From the NCBI GenBank assembly GCA_965223265.1, contig OZ244999.1, forward strand, positions 4,412,188 through 4,476,187: DNA of 64,000 bases, in the 5' to 3' direction. This document shows, piece after piece, positions 1-10,117 of this stretch. Source of the DNA: Planctomycetota bacterium. GTDB taxonomy: Bacteria > Planctomycetota > UBA8108 > SXIK01. The notes under the pieces were generated by a model. That model worked only from the letters and a program-made list of their open reading frames with translations, did no database searches and was not told where the DNA came from. Each line of letters opens with the position of its first letter. Positions within the stretch are counted from its first letter, which is position 1. The position numbers were made by a program, and so were the translations under genes.

Positions 1-267
1 ATGGTCGAGCGGCTCGCCAAGTATAGTAGCCGCATCGATGGTCATTGGCGGCAACGCGCCTCGGGCTCCGGTCAACAGAGAGCCGCACTTCCGGCGCCGG
101 AGTCGTCCGCTGGCTCTGCTCCGGAGGCGGACGCCATGGTCTCGTTCACGGATCACGTCGAAAGTCTGGTCCATCAAGAGGCATTTCGCCTCCTCTTCTC
201 GATCGCGGCGGACCTGGCTCAGATCGCGCAGCGCATGCGCATCCTCGCCCCACAGCGCGGAGAGTGA
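1..267 (+). CDS. 3' fragment of an unidentified ORF entering from the left edge (hypothetical)
   Basis: Open frame from the window edge to a stop at 265-267. No recognisable motif. The Arg/Ala-rich composition could equally be a GC-driven shadow frame. Confidence 0.15.
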   Translation: MVERLAKYSSRIDGHWRQRASGSGQQRAALPAPESSAGSAPEADAMVSFTDHVESLVHQEAFRLLFSIAADLAQIAQRMRILAPQRGE

Positions 268-492
268 CGGACGCGGCGCTTTTGGGGGTTTCACCGTCGC
301 ACGATCTTTCTGCTGCAGCGTCGGCTGAGAATGACCGAGGAAGTCTTCGGTGGCAGGCTGTGACGCGGGACTGAGACGGGACCGTGACGCAGGACTGGGG
401 CTCGCACGCAGAGCAAGATTGCGCCCATGCCCCCGACGCCGCTAAAATCGCGCCTTTTCAACAGCACGAAGAGAACGAAGGATAGCGCAGCC

Positions 493-2544
493 ATGCCCCG
501 CCTCACCCTCCCCGACGGCAGCATCCGCGACTACGACGATGCGGTCACACCGGCCGAAGTCGCGGCAGACATCGGACCTGGCCTCGCCAAGGCTGCGATT
601 GGTGCTCGGGTGAACGGCGAACTCGTGGATGTCTCGACGAAGATCGACTCCGATGCCGATCTCAGCCTCGTCACCATGCCGAAGGCGAGTCAAGAGCCGA
701 GCGCCGACGCACTTTTTCTCATCCGGCACAGCTGTGCGCACGTCATGGCGGAAGCGATTCAGCGTCTGATCCCCGACGCTCAGCTCGTCTACGGCCCCCC
801 TGTCGACGAGGGCTTTTACTACGACATCGCACTACCGGAAGAACGGCCGTTGAGCTCGAACGATTTCGATGCCATCGAGAAGGAGATGCGGCGAATCGTC
901 GGGGAGAAGCGGCGCTTCACCCGCTATGAACTCCCAGCGACCGAAGGCATGACGAAGCTGGACGCCGAGGGCAGCAAATACAAGCTCGACAACGCGCAGC
1001 GCGCGCTCGATGGCGGCGCCGACTCCCTCTCATGGTACGCCACCGGTGAACCGAACAGCGACTGGGAAGACCTATGCCGCGGTCCGCATGTTCCGAGCAC
1101 TGGTCATATCGGCGCCTTCAAGGTCATGAGCTTGGCATCGAGCTACTGGCACGGCGACGCGAACTCCGATCGTCTAACGCGAGTCTACGGTACAGCCTTC
1201 TCCCATCAGAAGCAGCTGGATGCTTATCTCCATCGACTCGAAGAGTCGAAAAAACGAGACCACCGTGTCCTCGGGAGAAAGTATGGACTCTTCCACATTG
1301 ACGACACCGTCGGACAAGGGCTCATTCTATGGAAGCCGAACGGTGCCCTCATCCGCCGAGAGCTTGAAGAGTTCATTCGCACGGAGCTAGTGAAGGACGG
1401 TTACAACACGGTCTACACCCCGCACATCGGCAAACTTGATCTCTACAAAACGAGCGGACACTTCCCCTACTACCGCGACAGCCAGTTCCCGCCGCTCATT
1501 CACCACGAGGCTCTGGATCGGTTGGCGACAGAATCGGTCAGTTGCGGCGAGCTATCGAACCTCCTCGATCAAGGAGAAATCGATGGCTACCTCCTCAAGC
1601 CGATGAACTGTCCGCACCACATCAAGATCTTCGATTCCGAGCCGCGCAGCTATCGAGATTTGCCGATTCGGCTGGCGGAGTTCGGCACAGTCTATCGCTG
1701 GGAGCAATCCGGAGAGCTGAGTGGGATGACCCGAGTACGCGGTTTCACGCAGGATGACGCACACCTCTTCTGCGCTGAAGACCAAGTCGGTGACGAGATT
1801 CGCGGCTGTCTGCGGATCGTGCGCCTGATCCTGTCGACACTCGGATTGACCGATTATCGCGTCCGCGTCGGCCTTCGCGATCCAGATAGCGGCAAGTACA
1901 CTGGCGACCCGGCCGTGTGGGATAAAGCGGAGGCAGCGTGCCTTGATGCAGCCCGCACGCTCGACGTTCCGTTCACACAGGAGCCAGGCGAAGCGGCCTT
2001 CTACGGCCCTAAAATCGACTTTGTCGTTCGCGACGTCCTCGGGCGGGAGTGGCAACTGGGGACGGTCCAGGTCGACTACAACCTACCCGAACGGTTTGAT
2101 CTGACCTACGTCGGATCGGACAACAAAGCCCACCGCCCAGTTATGGTCCACCGCGCGCCGTTTGGCTCTATGGAGCGGTTTATCGGCATCCTGATCGAGC
2201 ACTTCGCAGGCTCCTTCCCGACGTGGCTGGCGCCCGAGCAGGCTCGCGTGCTCCCAATCAGCGACAAGTTCCTCGACTACGCGCAAGAGGTTCAGGGGCG
2301 ACTGCTCGACGAAGGCCTCCGCGTCGGCATCGATCGCAGCGACGAGCGCATTCAGGCGAAGATCAAGATCGGTACGGAGGAGAGAGTCCCCTACCTATTG
2401 ATCGTCGGCGGCAAAGATAAAGACGCGGGAACGGTGTCGGTGCGTCGACGCGGCAAGGGTGATGAAGGCGCTCAGCCACTGGAAGCATTCATCGCAAGTA
2501 TCCTCGCCGAAGTTCGCGAGCGGCGCCTCGACACCGCGAATTAG
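493..2544 (+). CDS. thrS: Threonyl-tRNA synthetase
   Basis: Has an N-terminal TGS domain (MPRLTLPDGSIRDYDD...), the class-II core with the KPMNCPHH zinc motif, and a C-terminal anticodon-binding region. AAGGA lies 12 nt upstream of the ATG at 493. The longer ORF from 427 is probably an N-terminal over-extension. Confidence 0.95.
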   Translation: MPRLTLPDGSIRDYDDAVTPAEVAADIGPGLAKAAIGARVNGELVDVSTKIDSDADLSLVTMPKASQEPSADALFLIRHSCAHVMAEAIQRLIPDAQLVYGPPVDEGFYYDIALPEERPLSSNDFDAIEKEMRRIVGEKRRFTRYELPATEGMTKLDAEGSKYKLDNAQRALDGGADSLSWYATGEPNSDWEDLCRGPHVPSTGHIGAFKVMSLASSYWHGDANSDRLTRVYGTAFSHQKQLDAYLHRLEESKKRDHRVLGRKYGLFHIDDTVGQGLILWKPNGALIRRELEEFIRTELVKDGYNTVYTPHIGKLDLYKTSGHFPYYRDSQFPPLIHHEALDRLATESVSCGELSNLLDQGEIDGYLLKPMNCPHHIKIFDSEPRSYRDLPIRLAEFGTVYRWEQSGELSGMTRVRGFTQDDAHLFCAEDQVGDEIRGCLRIVRLILSTLGLTDYRVRVGLRDPDSGKYTGDPAVWDKAEAACLDAARTLDVPFTQEPGEAAFYGPKIDFVVRDVLGREWQLGTVQVDYNLPERFDLTYVGSDNKAHRPVMVHRAPFGSMERFIGILIEHFAGSFPTWLAPEQARVLPISDKFLDYAQEVQGRLLDEGLRVGIDRSDERIQAKIKIGTEERVPYLLIVGGKDKDAGTVSVRRRGKGDEGAQPLEAFIASILAEVRERRLDTAN

Positions 2545-2679
2545 ATCGCCGGCGAGTAGACTCCAGCGCCTGCAGCAGATGGCGGCAGGAAACTCCTCCA
2601 GCTGGGCGAGTCGCACACCAGGAGTAGCGTTGAGTCGCGCTGGGGTTCGATTGCCTTTCAGCGAAACGTCACGCCTGGT

Positions 2680-3600
2680 TCATCCCACCGCCGGACCTGC
2701 CGAAGCCCACTGCCACTCGGGATGCGACGGCGCCGACTTGATGCCGCGAAACATGCGCACGAACTCGCGCCGGCGGACAAACCCGAGCTCCTGCAGCCTG
2801 GCAGTCCACTGCTGAGCGCGCTCGCCCGCTTCGAGGGCGTCGATCGCTACAGCCGTCCCCACATCGAGCCGCTGTAGCACATTTGCCAGCAGTGCTTCGG
2901 CGATCGCCGGCCCGGTCGCAACAATCGGTCCGACGTGTGCGTAGAGGGAACCAGGTCGCGCGCTGGCGTACCCTGTCACGGAAACGCATTCAGCGCAGGA
3001 GTTCACGCTCGCGTCGACGACGAAGCTCAGTTGCGGAGACTGCCGCGCCCATGCCTCGATGACATCGACTCTTGGTGCCCCGAAGGCATGGCGGTCGAGC
3101 TCGAACGCTGCCGGGGCGTCGGCATTCAAGTCGAAGCTCCGTACGGTGATCGAGCCAGCGAGGTGCGCTGATCGTTCTTGACACTCACTTGATACAGTCG
3201 CGACCCACCGTCCCAGCCTCACGTGATCATGAAATCCCAAAGTCTGATAAAGGCGCTGCCCCTCAGTCGTCGCATCGAGTCCGACGGTATGACACTCGCT
3301 GTCTAAGCTTTCCAGTGCTCGACCAAGGAGACGTCGACCGATGCCCTGCCGCCGCACACTTCGGTCAACAAGTACCATGCCGACCCAACCAACAGAGCCC
3401 GAATGGACCACCGTCGTCGTCGTGCCGACTCCAACGCCACCGACCTCGGCAACGAAACAGCCATGTGGACGGAAACGAAGAAAGTGGTGCCAGTCCGCAG
3501 CCGTTTGATTCCAACCGGCCTCCTCTTTGAGACGCATACCGAGCTCGACGTCCGTCGATTGCATGCGACGAATGTGCACCGAGTCAGCCACGTTGCCCAT
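2680..3600 (-). CDS. GNAT family N-acetyltransferase with C-terminal YitH-like acetyltransferase extension
   Basis: The acetyl-CoA binding motif VRRQGIGRRLLGRALE follows the HIRRM...VELGMRL beta1 region. Start chosen at Met167 of the long ORF (coordinate 3600), preceded by GGAG-N6. The upstream 160 codons of the ORF are Arg-rich and overlap the neighbouring oxidoreductase, so I treat them as not real. Confidence 0.7.
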   Translation of the reverse strand: MGNVADSVHIRRMQSTDVELGMRLKEEAGWNQTAADWHHFLRFRPHGCFVAEVGGVGVGTTTTVVHSGSVGWVGMVLVDRSVRRQGIGRRLLGRALESLDSECHTVGLDATTEGQRLYQTLGFHDHVRLGRWVATVSSECQERSAHLAGSITVRSFDLNADAPAAFELDRHAFGAPRVDVIEAWARQSPQLSFVVDASVNSCAECVSVTGYASARPGSLYAHVGPIVATGPAIAEALLANVLQRLDVGTAVAIDALEAGERAQQWTARLQELGFVRRREFVRMFRGIKSAPSHPEWQWASAGPAVG

Positions 3601-5215
3601 GCGCCGCTCCATCGTTGGAACCGCCCCACCACGGCAGTCGCTCCACATCGACGCCGAGGTCGTGAGCCACGACCCGCGCGGCATTGTAACCACCGAGTCC
3701 GGTGATGTTGCCTCCGGGATGCGTCGACCCACCGCACAAGTAGAGCGCGCGAATGGGGGTACGGTACGACCCTGCGCCCTCGAAGGGACGGTGAAAGCCG
3801 ATCTGTCCATCGGCGAACGACCCGACGAGGAGATCTCCCGCCTGCATGTTCGGAAGGCGCTCGTATGTCGCGGCGGGAGTGGCGTGAAACGATCCACGCA
3901 CCACACCTGGCTCTGCGAGGTTCGGCGCGTAGCTCGACCACATCTCCAGCAGCTCCGATGCGTGCGCACCTGCAACCTCCGACCATGTGGTGGATTCCCC
4001 CGAGAGGTCGAATGGCACCTTCTCCCACAAAAACGCCGTGTGCTTCCCCGGCGGCGCTTGCCCGCCATCAAAGCGAGTCGGTGTCGCTCCCCACGCAACT
4101 CTCATCGGAGGCCGCCGTCGCCCCTCGTGCGCGCGGACGATGGCGTCAAACTGTTCCAGGCTCTCGAGACCAAGAATCGTCATGAACGCATCATCAATCT
4201 CCGGCCGCCGCTCCACTGCGCGGTAGCGAGGCCGCTCATTGAGCGCGAGGTAAAGCCCAAAAAGCGGTGCGAGGACGTTGTAGCGAAACCCGCGCGCCTT
4301 CTCCTGAAGGCGGCGTGAGATCTCCGAAGTCGGCAATAAATCGACGAACGTCTGCTGCGGATTCAACCCGGAGGCGACAAACGCGTTGGCTCCGATCGTC
4401 TCGCCGCCGGCTAACTCGACGCCGACTGCTCGCTCGCCCTGCAGCAGAATCCGTTCGATCGTGACGTCGCAGCGAATCGCGCTACCGTGCGCCTCGATGG
4501 CGGCAACGAGCCCCTGCGCGAGGGCGTGAGAGCCGCCAACACACATCTGTGCCTTGTGCGGTGACGCCAACAGCGACGGAATCGAGTGGCCGAAACCCTT
4601 GAGACGTAAGTCGACCTCTCGCAGGCCATTGAAAAATAGGAGGCCCGCTCGAACGACATCGTTTTCGAATTCGCGCATGACGAATTCGAGCGGCGACCAG
4701 GCGCTAACCTCGAGCAAACGCCGACCCGCCGGCGTCGAGCTGAGGCGTGCCTGCCTCACCTCGGGTGGTAGCGGCGGCGCCTCTGACTCGGGCACGACGA
4801 GCTCGTCGACGATGGGTGCGAACTCGTCAATCCATTGCCGCAGCTTCCGCGCGTCGCGGCGTGAAAACTCAGCAAAGGAGGCTGCGGTTTTTTCGTTGTC
4901 GGTCCACCACTCGAGCGTGCGCCCGTCACGAAGAATCATCGCTACGTTGAGCTCAGGCTCAACGTAGCGGACACCGTAGTGCTCGAGTTCTAGATCACGA
5001 AACCACGGCTTCGAGGTGAGCGCACGATGAAAGAACGAATGAACGTTGTGGCGAAACCCCTCCAGACCGGGATGGGAATCCGTTGCCAATCCGCCGCCGA
5101 ACTCCGCTGCGCGCTCGAGGACGAGGCAGCGGAGCCCGGCACGCGCCAAATAGGCTGCCAGCACGAGCGTGTTGTGCCCACTTCCAAGCAGCAGTCCGTC
5201 ATAGGTGGTGTCCAT
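3584..5215 (-). CDS. FAD-dependent oxidoreductase, phytoene-desaturase (CrtI)-like family
   Basis: N-terminal dinucleotide-binding fold (YDGLLLGSGHNTLVLAAYLARAGLRCLVLE) and C-terminal GG-THPGGNITG motif typical of the amine-oxidase/CrtI superfamily. Confidence 0.8.
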   Translation of the reverse strand: MDTTYDGLLLGSGHNTLVLAAYLARAGLRCLVLERAAEFGGGLATDSHPGLEGFRHNVHSFFHRALTSKPWFRDLELEHYGVRYVEPELNVAMILRDGRTLEWWTDNEKTAASFAEFSRRDARKLRQWIDEFAPIVDELVVPESEAPPLPPEVRQARLSSTPAGRRLLEVSAWSPLEFVMREFENDVVRAGLLFFNGLREVDLRLKGFGHSIPSLLASPHKAQMCVGGSHALAQGLVAAIEAHGSAIRCDVTIERILLQGERAVGVELAGGETIGANAFVASGLNPQQTFVDLLPTSEISRRLQEKARGFRYNVLAPLFGLYLALNERPRYRAVERRPEIDDAFMTILGLESLEQFDAIVRAHEGRRRPPMRVAWGATPTRFDGGQAPPGKHTAFLWEKVPFDLSGESTTWSEVAGAHASELLEMWSSYAPNLAEPGVVRGSFHATPAATYERLPNMQAGDLLVGSFADGQIGFHRPFEGAGSYRTPIRALYLCGGSTHPGGNITGLGGYNAARVVAHDLGVDVERLPWWGGSNDGAAHGQRG

Positions 5216-5327
5216 CAGCAGCTACGCGGGATGAGGAGGAGACGGAGCGATACAAGTCCTCGGCAGGCTCGCCGATGCTTGCGAGCACCTTCATGCCGCC
5301 GCTGGAGGATCACTCTGGGATAGGCCA

Positions 5328-8300
5328 TCAGCCTGTGGTCAGGCAACTGATTTCATGCAGGCGTGCCCCTGTGCAAATATCGAGGGCCAACTCGGCCATC
5401 GCAGGATGGCACGTGAAGAACAGGATCTGGTGGTCGCGTGCGAAGCGATCGAACGCCTCGAGCATGCCCCGAGCGCGCCCGGGATCAAAATTGACGAAGA
5501 CGTCGTCAAGGATAAGCGGCAAATGAACGCTCCGGGAGGAGTATTCCGCAACCAATCCGAGTCGAAGAGCAAGATAGAGCTGCTCGGCTGTGCCGCGACT
5601 GAGCTCGCTGGTCCGTTTGCGCTTACCATCGACGTCGACGAGGATGATGTCTTGTCCATCCGTCGCCTGTAGCACGCGGGTGTATCGCCCGTCGGTTGCT
5701 AGGCGGAGGATTTCCGACGCTGCCGCGAACACGTGCGGCTGTCGCTTGAGTTCGTATTCACGCATGGTGCGCGCGATTAAGGCTCGAGCCAGCGACGCCG
5801 TCTCGAAACGTCGAGTCGCTTGCTTCAACTCGTTCTCCAACCCGGCACGTCGCGTTCGGAGCGTATCCAAATCGGCGGACTGTTCCAGCTCTCGTCTCGC
5901 CGCTTCACTGTCCCGTGCGGCTCGGATGGCGTCGTCTCGCGATCGCTCGACAGACTCGAGTGCTAAGTCGATGCGTTCCGCTTCCGCCTTCCACCGTTCA
6001 AGGTCGCCGCACGGTAAATCACGCCGTACGACCGCAGCTGCCTCGCCGCATCCGAGTCTGCTCTCAAGCTGCCGCTCACAACCCTGAATCACCCGCTCAA
6101 GTTCTCGGCGTCTCTTGGCGCGGCGTAAACTCTCGCGCAATTCCACTTCATTGGTTGCACCGACTTCATCAAACAGCGCCGAGAGTTCCTGCCGCGTGCG
6201 TCGGCGCTCCTCTTCAACTGACTGCAGACGTGCCTGTCGACGACCGATCTCGGTTGCTAGCGCCTCCAGTCGCGCGCGGCGTTGATCGTCGGCCTCGAGT
6301 CGGTCCATAAACTCAAAAAGAAGGGTGACCGGGTCAGAGTTCCCAGACGCCATCTCAGCCTGTCGCCCGCTCTGATCAGGAGAGCTCGAAGTACTTGGCG
6401 CAGGGCCGGACGCCACATCGACGACCCCGCAGCTCTCAGATGCGTCGGCCAGAAGCGCGGCGACGCCGTGACGCCAATCGCTCACCAGCTTCTCTAGTCG
6501 CACAGCTTGCGCACGCTCTTCGGCTTTTCGCGTCCATAGCAGCCTCAATCGATCGAGCTCGGTAAAAAAGTCCTGCGCCGCTTCCAGCTCAAGGGTCTCT
6601 GGCATCCCATTTCGACGCTGCCACTCATCCCATGCGGCACGGTTCACGGTCTCACGTCGCTCCATCTCGTAGCACCGCTCCCTGATCACTTCGACCTCGC
6701 TGCGAATCGATTCAAGCTCGAGCTCAACAACCTCAAGCCGTTCACGGCATTCTTCCGCTGCGACAACAGCGCCATGAGCGTGTTGCAGACAACGTGCCAT
6801 CCCGTCGAGATCTTGTTCTTCCGGCTCGGAGGAGAGGCCCAGCCGAGTGGCGCACTCGCTGACCTTTTCATGCAGTGCCTCTTGGCAAGCCCGACTCTCC
6901 TCGAGCACGGCTGCGAAGTTCTTGCGTTCACGCTTGCGGCGGCGCAGAAGGACTCCTGCGCAGACTGCCGCAAGAAGCATCACGAGCACGCCACCAACGA
7001 TCATCGCGACGCCACCACGTGTCACGGCGAGTTCAGGGCTGACAAACCAAAACGCAACGACGAGCGAGAAGGCCGTGCCGAGGGCTAGCGCCGCTAACGC
7101 GGCGACAAGGATCACATCGCTCGGCACTGTGACACCCGACGACGCCGCCAGTGGTGATTCGTTCTTTACGGGTTCGCCCGTAGGGGACTCGACCTCCGCG
7201 CTCCCGGGGGCCGCTCCAAAGCTCGTCGCACTCCCACCGCGCGTGAGGAAAGCATATTTCGCCCGCTCGATTTTCAGCTCGTGCCACGCCCCCTGCAGGC
7301 GACCAAGAAGCTCCTCCTGCTCTGAAATCTCCTCTGGCGACGGTGCTTCGACCAGTCGGCGCTGCAAACGAGTGGCCTCAGTCTGAAGGCGTCTCTCTTC
7401 ACGTTCCGGCGCCTGAAGCGCCGCCTCCAGCTCGGCTCGCTGCGTGCGACAAGTCTTAGCGGCGGCCTGAAGCGCCGCCAGCTCGTCGCGGGCCGGAGTC
7501 TCGCCGGTGTCCAAAAAGTGCCGAAACGCCTCCGACCAGTTTCCCGTCGCCTCCATCCCGCTCTCAAGAGCAGACGTCGCCGCCCGAAGCCGTTGCCGCG
7601 TCGCACTCAGCTCCTCGGTGCGTTGGCGAAACGAGCCGACGTCGGCGTACAGCTCGTTCGCGCGCACGCGCCACCGAGCCGCCTCAGGCAAGACACCTGC
7701 CTCCAGCCGCAGACGCGAAGCGTCGTCTGTCTTCAACTCAGCCCGTAGCGTAGCGATCTGTGCCTTGAGCGACTCAGCATGCCCGGTGAGTGCGCTCAGC
7801 CGGCGCTCAACGTCGTCGTGGTCCAAAACTGTCTCAGGAAGCTCCTGCATCTCGACGCGAGCGGCGTTCGCCTCACACCAAAGTGGCCAGAGATCGATGA
7901 GCGCCTCGAATCGAGAACGCTCCGATCGCAGCCCCTCAGCCTCAGCGCGCAGCCCATGCACGCTCGCCTCATGGCGTGCCTGCGCGTCGACGAGATCGCC
8001 GTAGTTTTCCATGGCGGCGCGCGCACGCTGTTCTTCGCCGCGGCACGCAGCGTATTCGGTGGCGAGCTGGGAGAGCCGTCCGCTGGCGCCTCTCTGTTTC
8101 AGCAGCGAAGAGATTTCCTCATCCAGCTGCCGCCGCACCTGGCGAACGGCTCTACCCGCTCCTGCCATGCCGGCTGAAAAAATTCGATCTTTGACTCCTT
8201 GCTTCGAAAGCGATGCGAAATCCTGAAGCTCCGTGAGGCTGAACGCGAAGACCGACTTGAAGAGCGCGCGATCCATCCCCCCGACAAGCTGGGAGAGCTC

Positions 8301-8621
8301 GGCCTCACCCGCCTCACGGCCATCGTCGTACTGCAAAAACGCTTGCCGCTTGCCGCGGGCGCTGCGCTCGATCGTCAGCCCTTTGCCGTTCACCTCGACG
8401 AGGAGTCGTCCTCCGTGTTCGCCACCGCGAAGCGGAGGATAAAGGCGCTCACTACTGCGCCCATCAGGAAAGCCGAAGAGCACCCCACGAAGAAACGCCA
8501 GAAGCGTGCTCTTACCAGCTTCATTCGGCCCGAGAAAGACCGTCATTGCAGTGTCGAGTCCGTCGACGTGTTCGTCGCAAAAGAGACCGAACCCATCGAT
8601 ATGCCAGCCGCGGAGAATCAT
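5328..8621 (-). CDS. YhaN/SbcC-like AAA ATPase (Walker A GPNEAGKST) with long coiled coil and a central two-helix transmembrane hairpin
   Basis: N-terminal Walker A motif. C-terminal signature/Walker B/D-loop region (QLYLALRLGL...LPLILDDVFVNFD). Long Glu/Arg/Leu/Ala-rich coiled coil. Hydrophobic hairpin VILVAALAALALGTAFSLVVAFWFV...VAMIVGGVLVMLLAAVCAGVLL followed by RRRKRERK. The start ATG overlaps the stop of the upstream nuclease gene (ATGA). Confidence 0.8.
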   Translation of the reverse strand: MILRGWHIDGFGLFCDEHVDGLDTAMTVFLGPNEAGKSTLLAFLRGVLFGFPDGRSSERLYPPLRGGEHGGRLLVEVNGKGLTIERSARGKRQAFLQYDDGREAGEAELSQLVGGMDRALFKSVFAFSLTELQDFASLSKQGVKDRIFSAGMAGAGRAVRQVRRQLDEEISSLLKQRGASGRLSQLATEYAACRGEEQRARAAMENYGDLVDAQARHEASVHGLRAEAEGLRSERSRFEALIDLWPLWCEANAARVEMQELPETVLDHDDVERRLSALTGHAESLKAQIATLRAELKTDDASRLRLEAGVLPEAARWRVRANELYADVGSFRQRTEELSATRQRLRAATSALESGMEATGNWSEAFRHFLDTGETPARDELAALQAAAKTCRTQRAELEAALQAPEREERRLQTEATRLQRRLVEAPSPEEISEQEELLGRLQGAWHELKIERAKYAFLTRGGSATSFGAAPGSAEVESPTGEPVKNESPLAASSGVTVPSDVILVAALAALALGTAFSLVVAFWFVSPELAVTRGGVAMIVGGVLVMLLAAVCAGVLLRRRKRERKNFAAVLEESRACQEALHEKVSECATRLGLSSEPEEQDLDGMARCLQHAHGAVVAAEECRERLEVVELELESIRSEVEVIRERCYEMERRETVNRAAWDEWQRRNGMPETLELEAAQDFFTELDRLRLLWTRKAEERAQAVRLEKLVSDWRHGVAALLADASESCGVVDVASGPAPSTSSSPDQSGRQAEMASGNSDPVTLLFEFMDRLEADDQRRARLEALATEIGRRQARLQSVEEERRRTRQELSALFDEVGATNEVELRESLRRAKRRRELERVIQGCERQLESRLGCGEAAAVVRRDLPCGDLERWKAEAERIDLALESVERSRDDAIRAARDSEAARRELEQSADLDTLRTRRAGLENELKQATRRFETASLARALIARTMREYELKRQPHVFAAASEILRLATDGRYTRVLQATDGQDIILVDVDGKRKRTSELSRGTAEQLYLALRLGLVAEYSSRSVHLPLILDDVFVNFDPGRARGMLEAFDRFARDHQILFFTCHPAMAELALDICTGARLHEISCLTTG

Positions 8622-9892
8622 TCGTCGTCGAGTGTCTCCTTGAGTCGATCGATGGCCTCCTCGGCAGCCACGCGCACGAGCGTTTCTGCTGCTTCACCGT
8701 GCCTCTCAGCGGACCACTGTGAGAGAGCGCGCCGCGCTAGAAGCGCCGTCGACTCGTCCATGAACGTCTCAAGATCTGGCGGTGCCTCGCACAACTCATT
8801 CGTAAGCCGAAGTAACTGCGACAGAAAATCGTCACGGCGCAGTAGCTCGGCGTCGTCCAAACGGCGTCCGGTCAGGGCTTTGACGCTCTCCCACCACAGA
8901 AGAGGCTGCTGCGATTCACACTCAGCGCGCAGCTCTGTGAGCAGGCCTTCAAGCACACCAACTCGCTTCAGGTCACGATGCAGCGGCCCGCGCCCGTAGA
9001 GCACGCAACGCACAACGAGTCCTCTGCCGTCTTCCTCCGACTGGCGCTGGCAGGCAGCGGCGTACAATTCGTCGCGGAGCTCGCGAATGTCGTTGACGCC
9101 CTCGATCGGTACGTTCAACTCGACAAACCGCAAGACGTCGAGCGCCTCGAAGGAGACTCGAGCGACTCTATCGTCTTCGACTTCGACGACGACCGCCCCC
9201 TTCGCACCAAGCTCACTCGGCTTGGGGGACCGGCCTTGGAGTGCTCCGGGGTAGATGATCCAAGGATCCCCTTTGCTGACTTGCGTGTACTGGTGGATAT
9301 GTCCAAGAGCCCAGTAATCATACCCGGTGGCTGCAAGATCGGAGACCTCGCAAGGGCTGTACGGCTCGTGTCCGTCGCCGCTACCGACGCTGCAGTGCAG
9401 CACCCCTATGGATAGACCTGGCTCGCCTCGGAGCTGGAATCGCCGCGCCAAGTTCTCGCGCACCGCGGCGGCACCGAAACTGATTCCACAGACGCTCGCG
9501 AGACGCACGCCGTCCTTCACGACTGGGACGCACTCGACGTGCGAGGCACCGAATGTATGCACGCTCTCTGGCCACCGACATGTTCCCCTTCGGCCATCGA
9601 GCGGATCATGGTTGCCGTGCGCGATCAACGTTTGAACTCCCGCTCGATCGAGACGCTCAAGCCCGCGGGCAAACCTCAATTGCGCTCGTATGCTCGCCTC
9701 TGTGCTGTCGAACACGTCGCCCGCAATGACCAAAAATGCTGCCTCACGCTGAAGCGTGAACGCCACCAGCGCGTCGAAAGCAGCAAGCGATGCATCGCGC
9801 AGCTCTGCCGCCACTCGTGGCGAGCTCCTCGCCACGCCCGTAAACGGACTGCCAAGGTGGAAGTCTGCTGCATGCACAAACGAGAATCGCAT
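8618..9892 (-). CDS. YhaO/SbcD-like calcineurin-family metallophosphoesterase (DNA repair exonuclease)
   Basis: MRFSFVHAADFHLGSP metallophosphatase motif I, GDVFD and GNHD motifs. Start at 9892 is preceded by GGAG, so the annotated longer ORF to 10093 is an over-extension. Translationally coupled to the downstream ATPase. Confidence 0.8.
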   Translation of the reverse strand: MRFSFVHAADFHLGSPFTGVARSSPRVAAELRDASLAAFDALVAFTLQREAAFLVIAGDVFDSTEASIRAQLRFARGLERLDRAGVQTLIAHGNHDPLDGRRGTCRWPESVHTFGASHVECVPVVKDGVRLASVCGISFGAAAVRENLARRFQLRGEPGLSIGVLHCSVGSGDGHEPYSPCEVSDLAATGYDYWALGHIHQYTQVSKGDPWIIYPGALQGRSPKPSELGAKGAVVVEVEDDRVARVSFEALDVLRFVELNVPIEGVNDIRELRDELYAAACQRQSEEDGRGLVVRCVLYGRGPLHRDLKRVGVLEGLLTELRAECESQQPLLWWESVKALTGRRLDDAELLRRDDFLSQLLRLTNELCEAPPDLETFMDESTALLARRALSQWSAERHGEAAETLVRVAAEEAIDRLKETLDDE

Positions 9893-10117
9893 TCTTCTCC
9901 ACTCCCTTCGCACGCCAATAACGCGCGGTGTCGGCAAGGACGCTCTCTCGCATCCTCTTGTCGATCGCTCAGTCACCGTCGCAAGGGTGCCTACCGCGAT
10001 GCGCAAGTCGACGATGTGCGTCGGGTCGAGTCGCGAGGCGCGGCACCGCCAGTGTCGCGCCTCGCGCGCGGCAGCGCAAGGGGCAAACCACACACTCCGC
10101 GCCGGCCCAGGACGTCG

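Noticed and set aside
330-350. Small hairpin ACCGAGGAAGTCTTCGGT in the thrS leader
   Set aside because: It is a 7-bp stem with a tetraloop and no T-box or other riboswitch hallmarks (no specifier/antiterminator architecture recognisable). It is too weak to call.
427-492. 22-codon N-terminal extension of thrS ORF
   Set aside because: The Met at 493 matches the conserved ThrRS N-terminus and has an AAGGA RBS. The extension is probably untranslated leader.
2600-2680. GGGGTTCGATTGCC resembling a tRNA T-loop
   Set aside because: No complementary T-stem, acceptor stem or anticodon arm can be built around it, so it is not a tRNA.
3303-4318. Overlapping 241-aa (-), 263-aa (+) and 100-aa ORFs across the GNAT/oxidoreductase junction, and the N-terminal 166 codons of the 2680..4098 ORF
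   Set aside because: The GNAT fold starts at the internal Met (3600) with its own GGAG. The upstream extension is Arg/Cys-rich and overlaps the well-supported CrtI-like gene on the same strand in another frame.
8199-8999. 266-aa plus-strand ORF
   Set aside because: It is antisense across the yhaN/yhaO junction and has Ser/Arg-rich junk translation.
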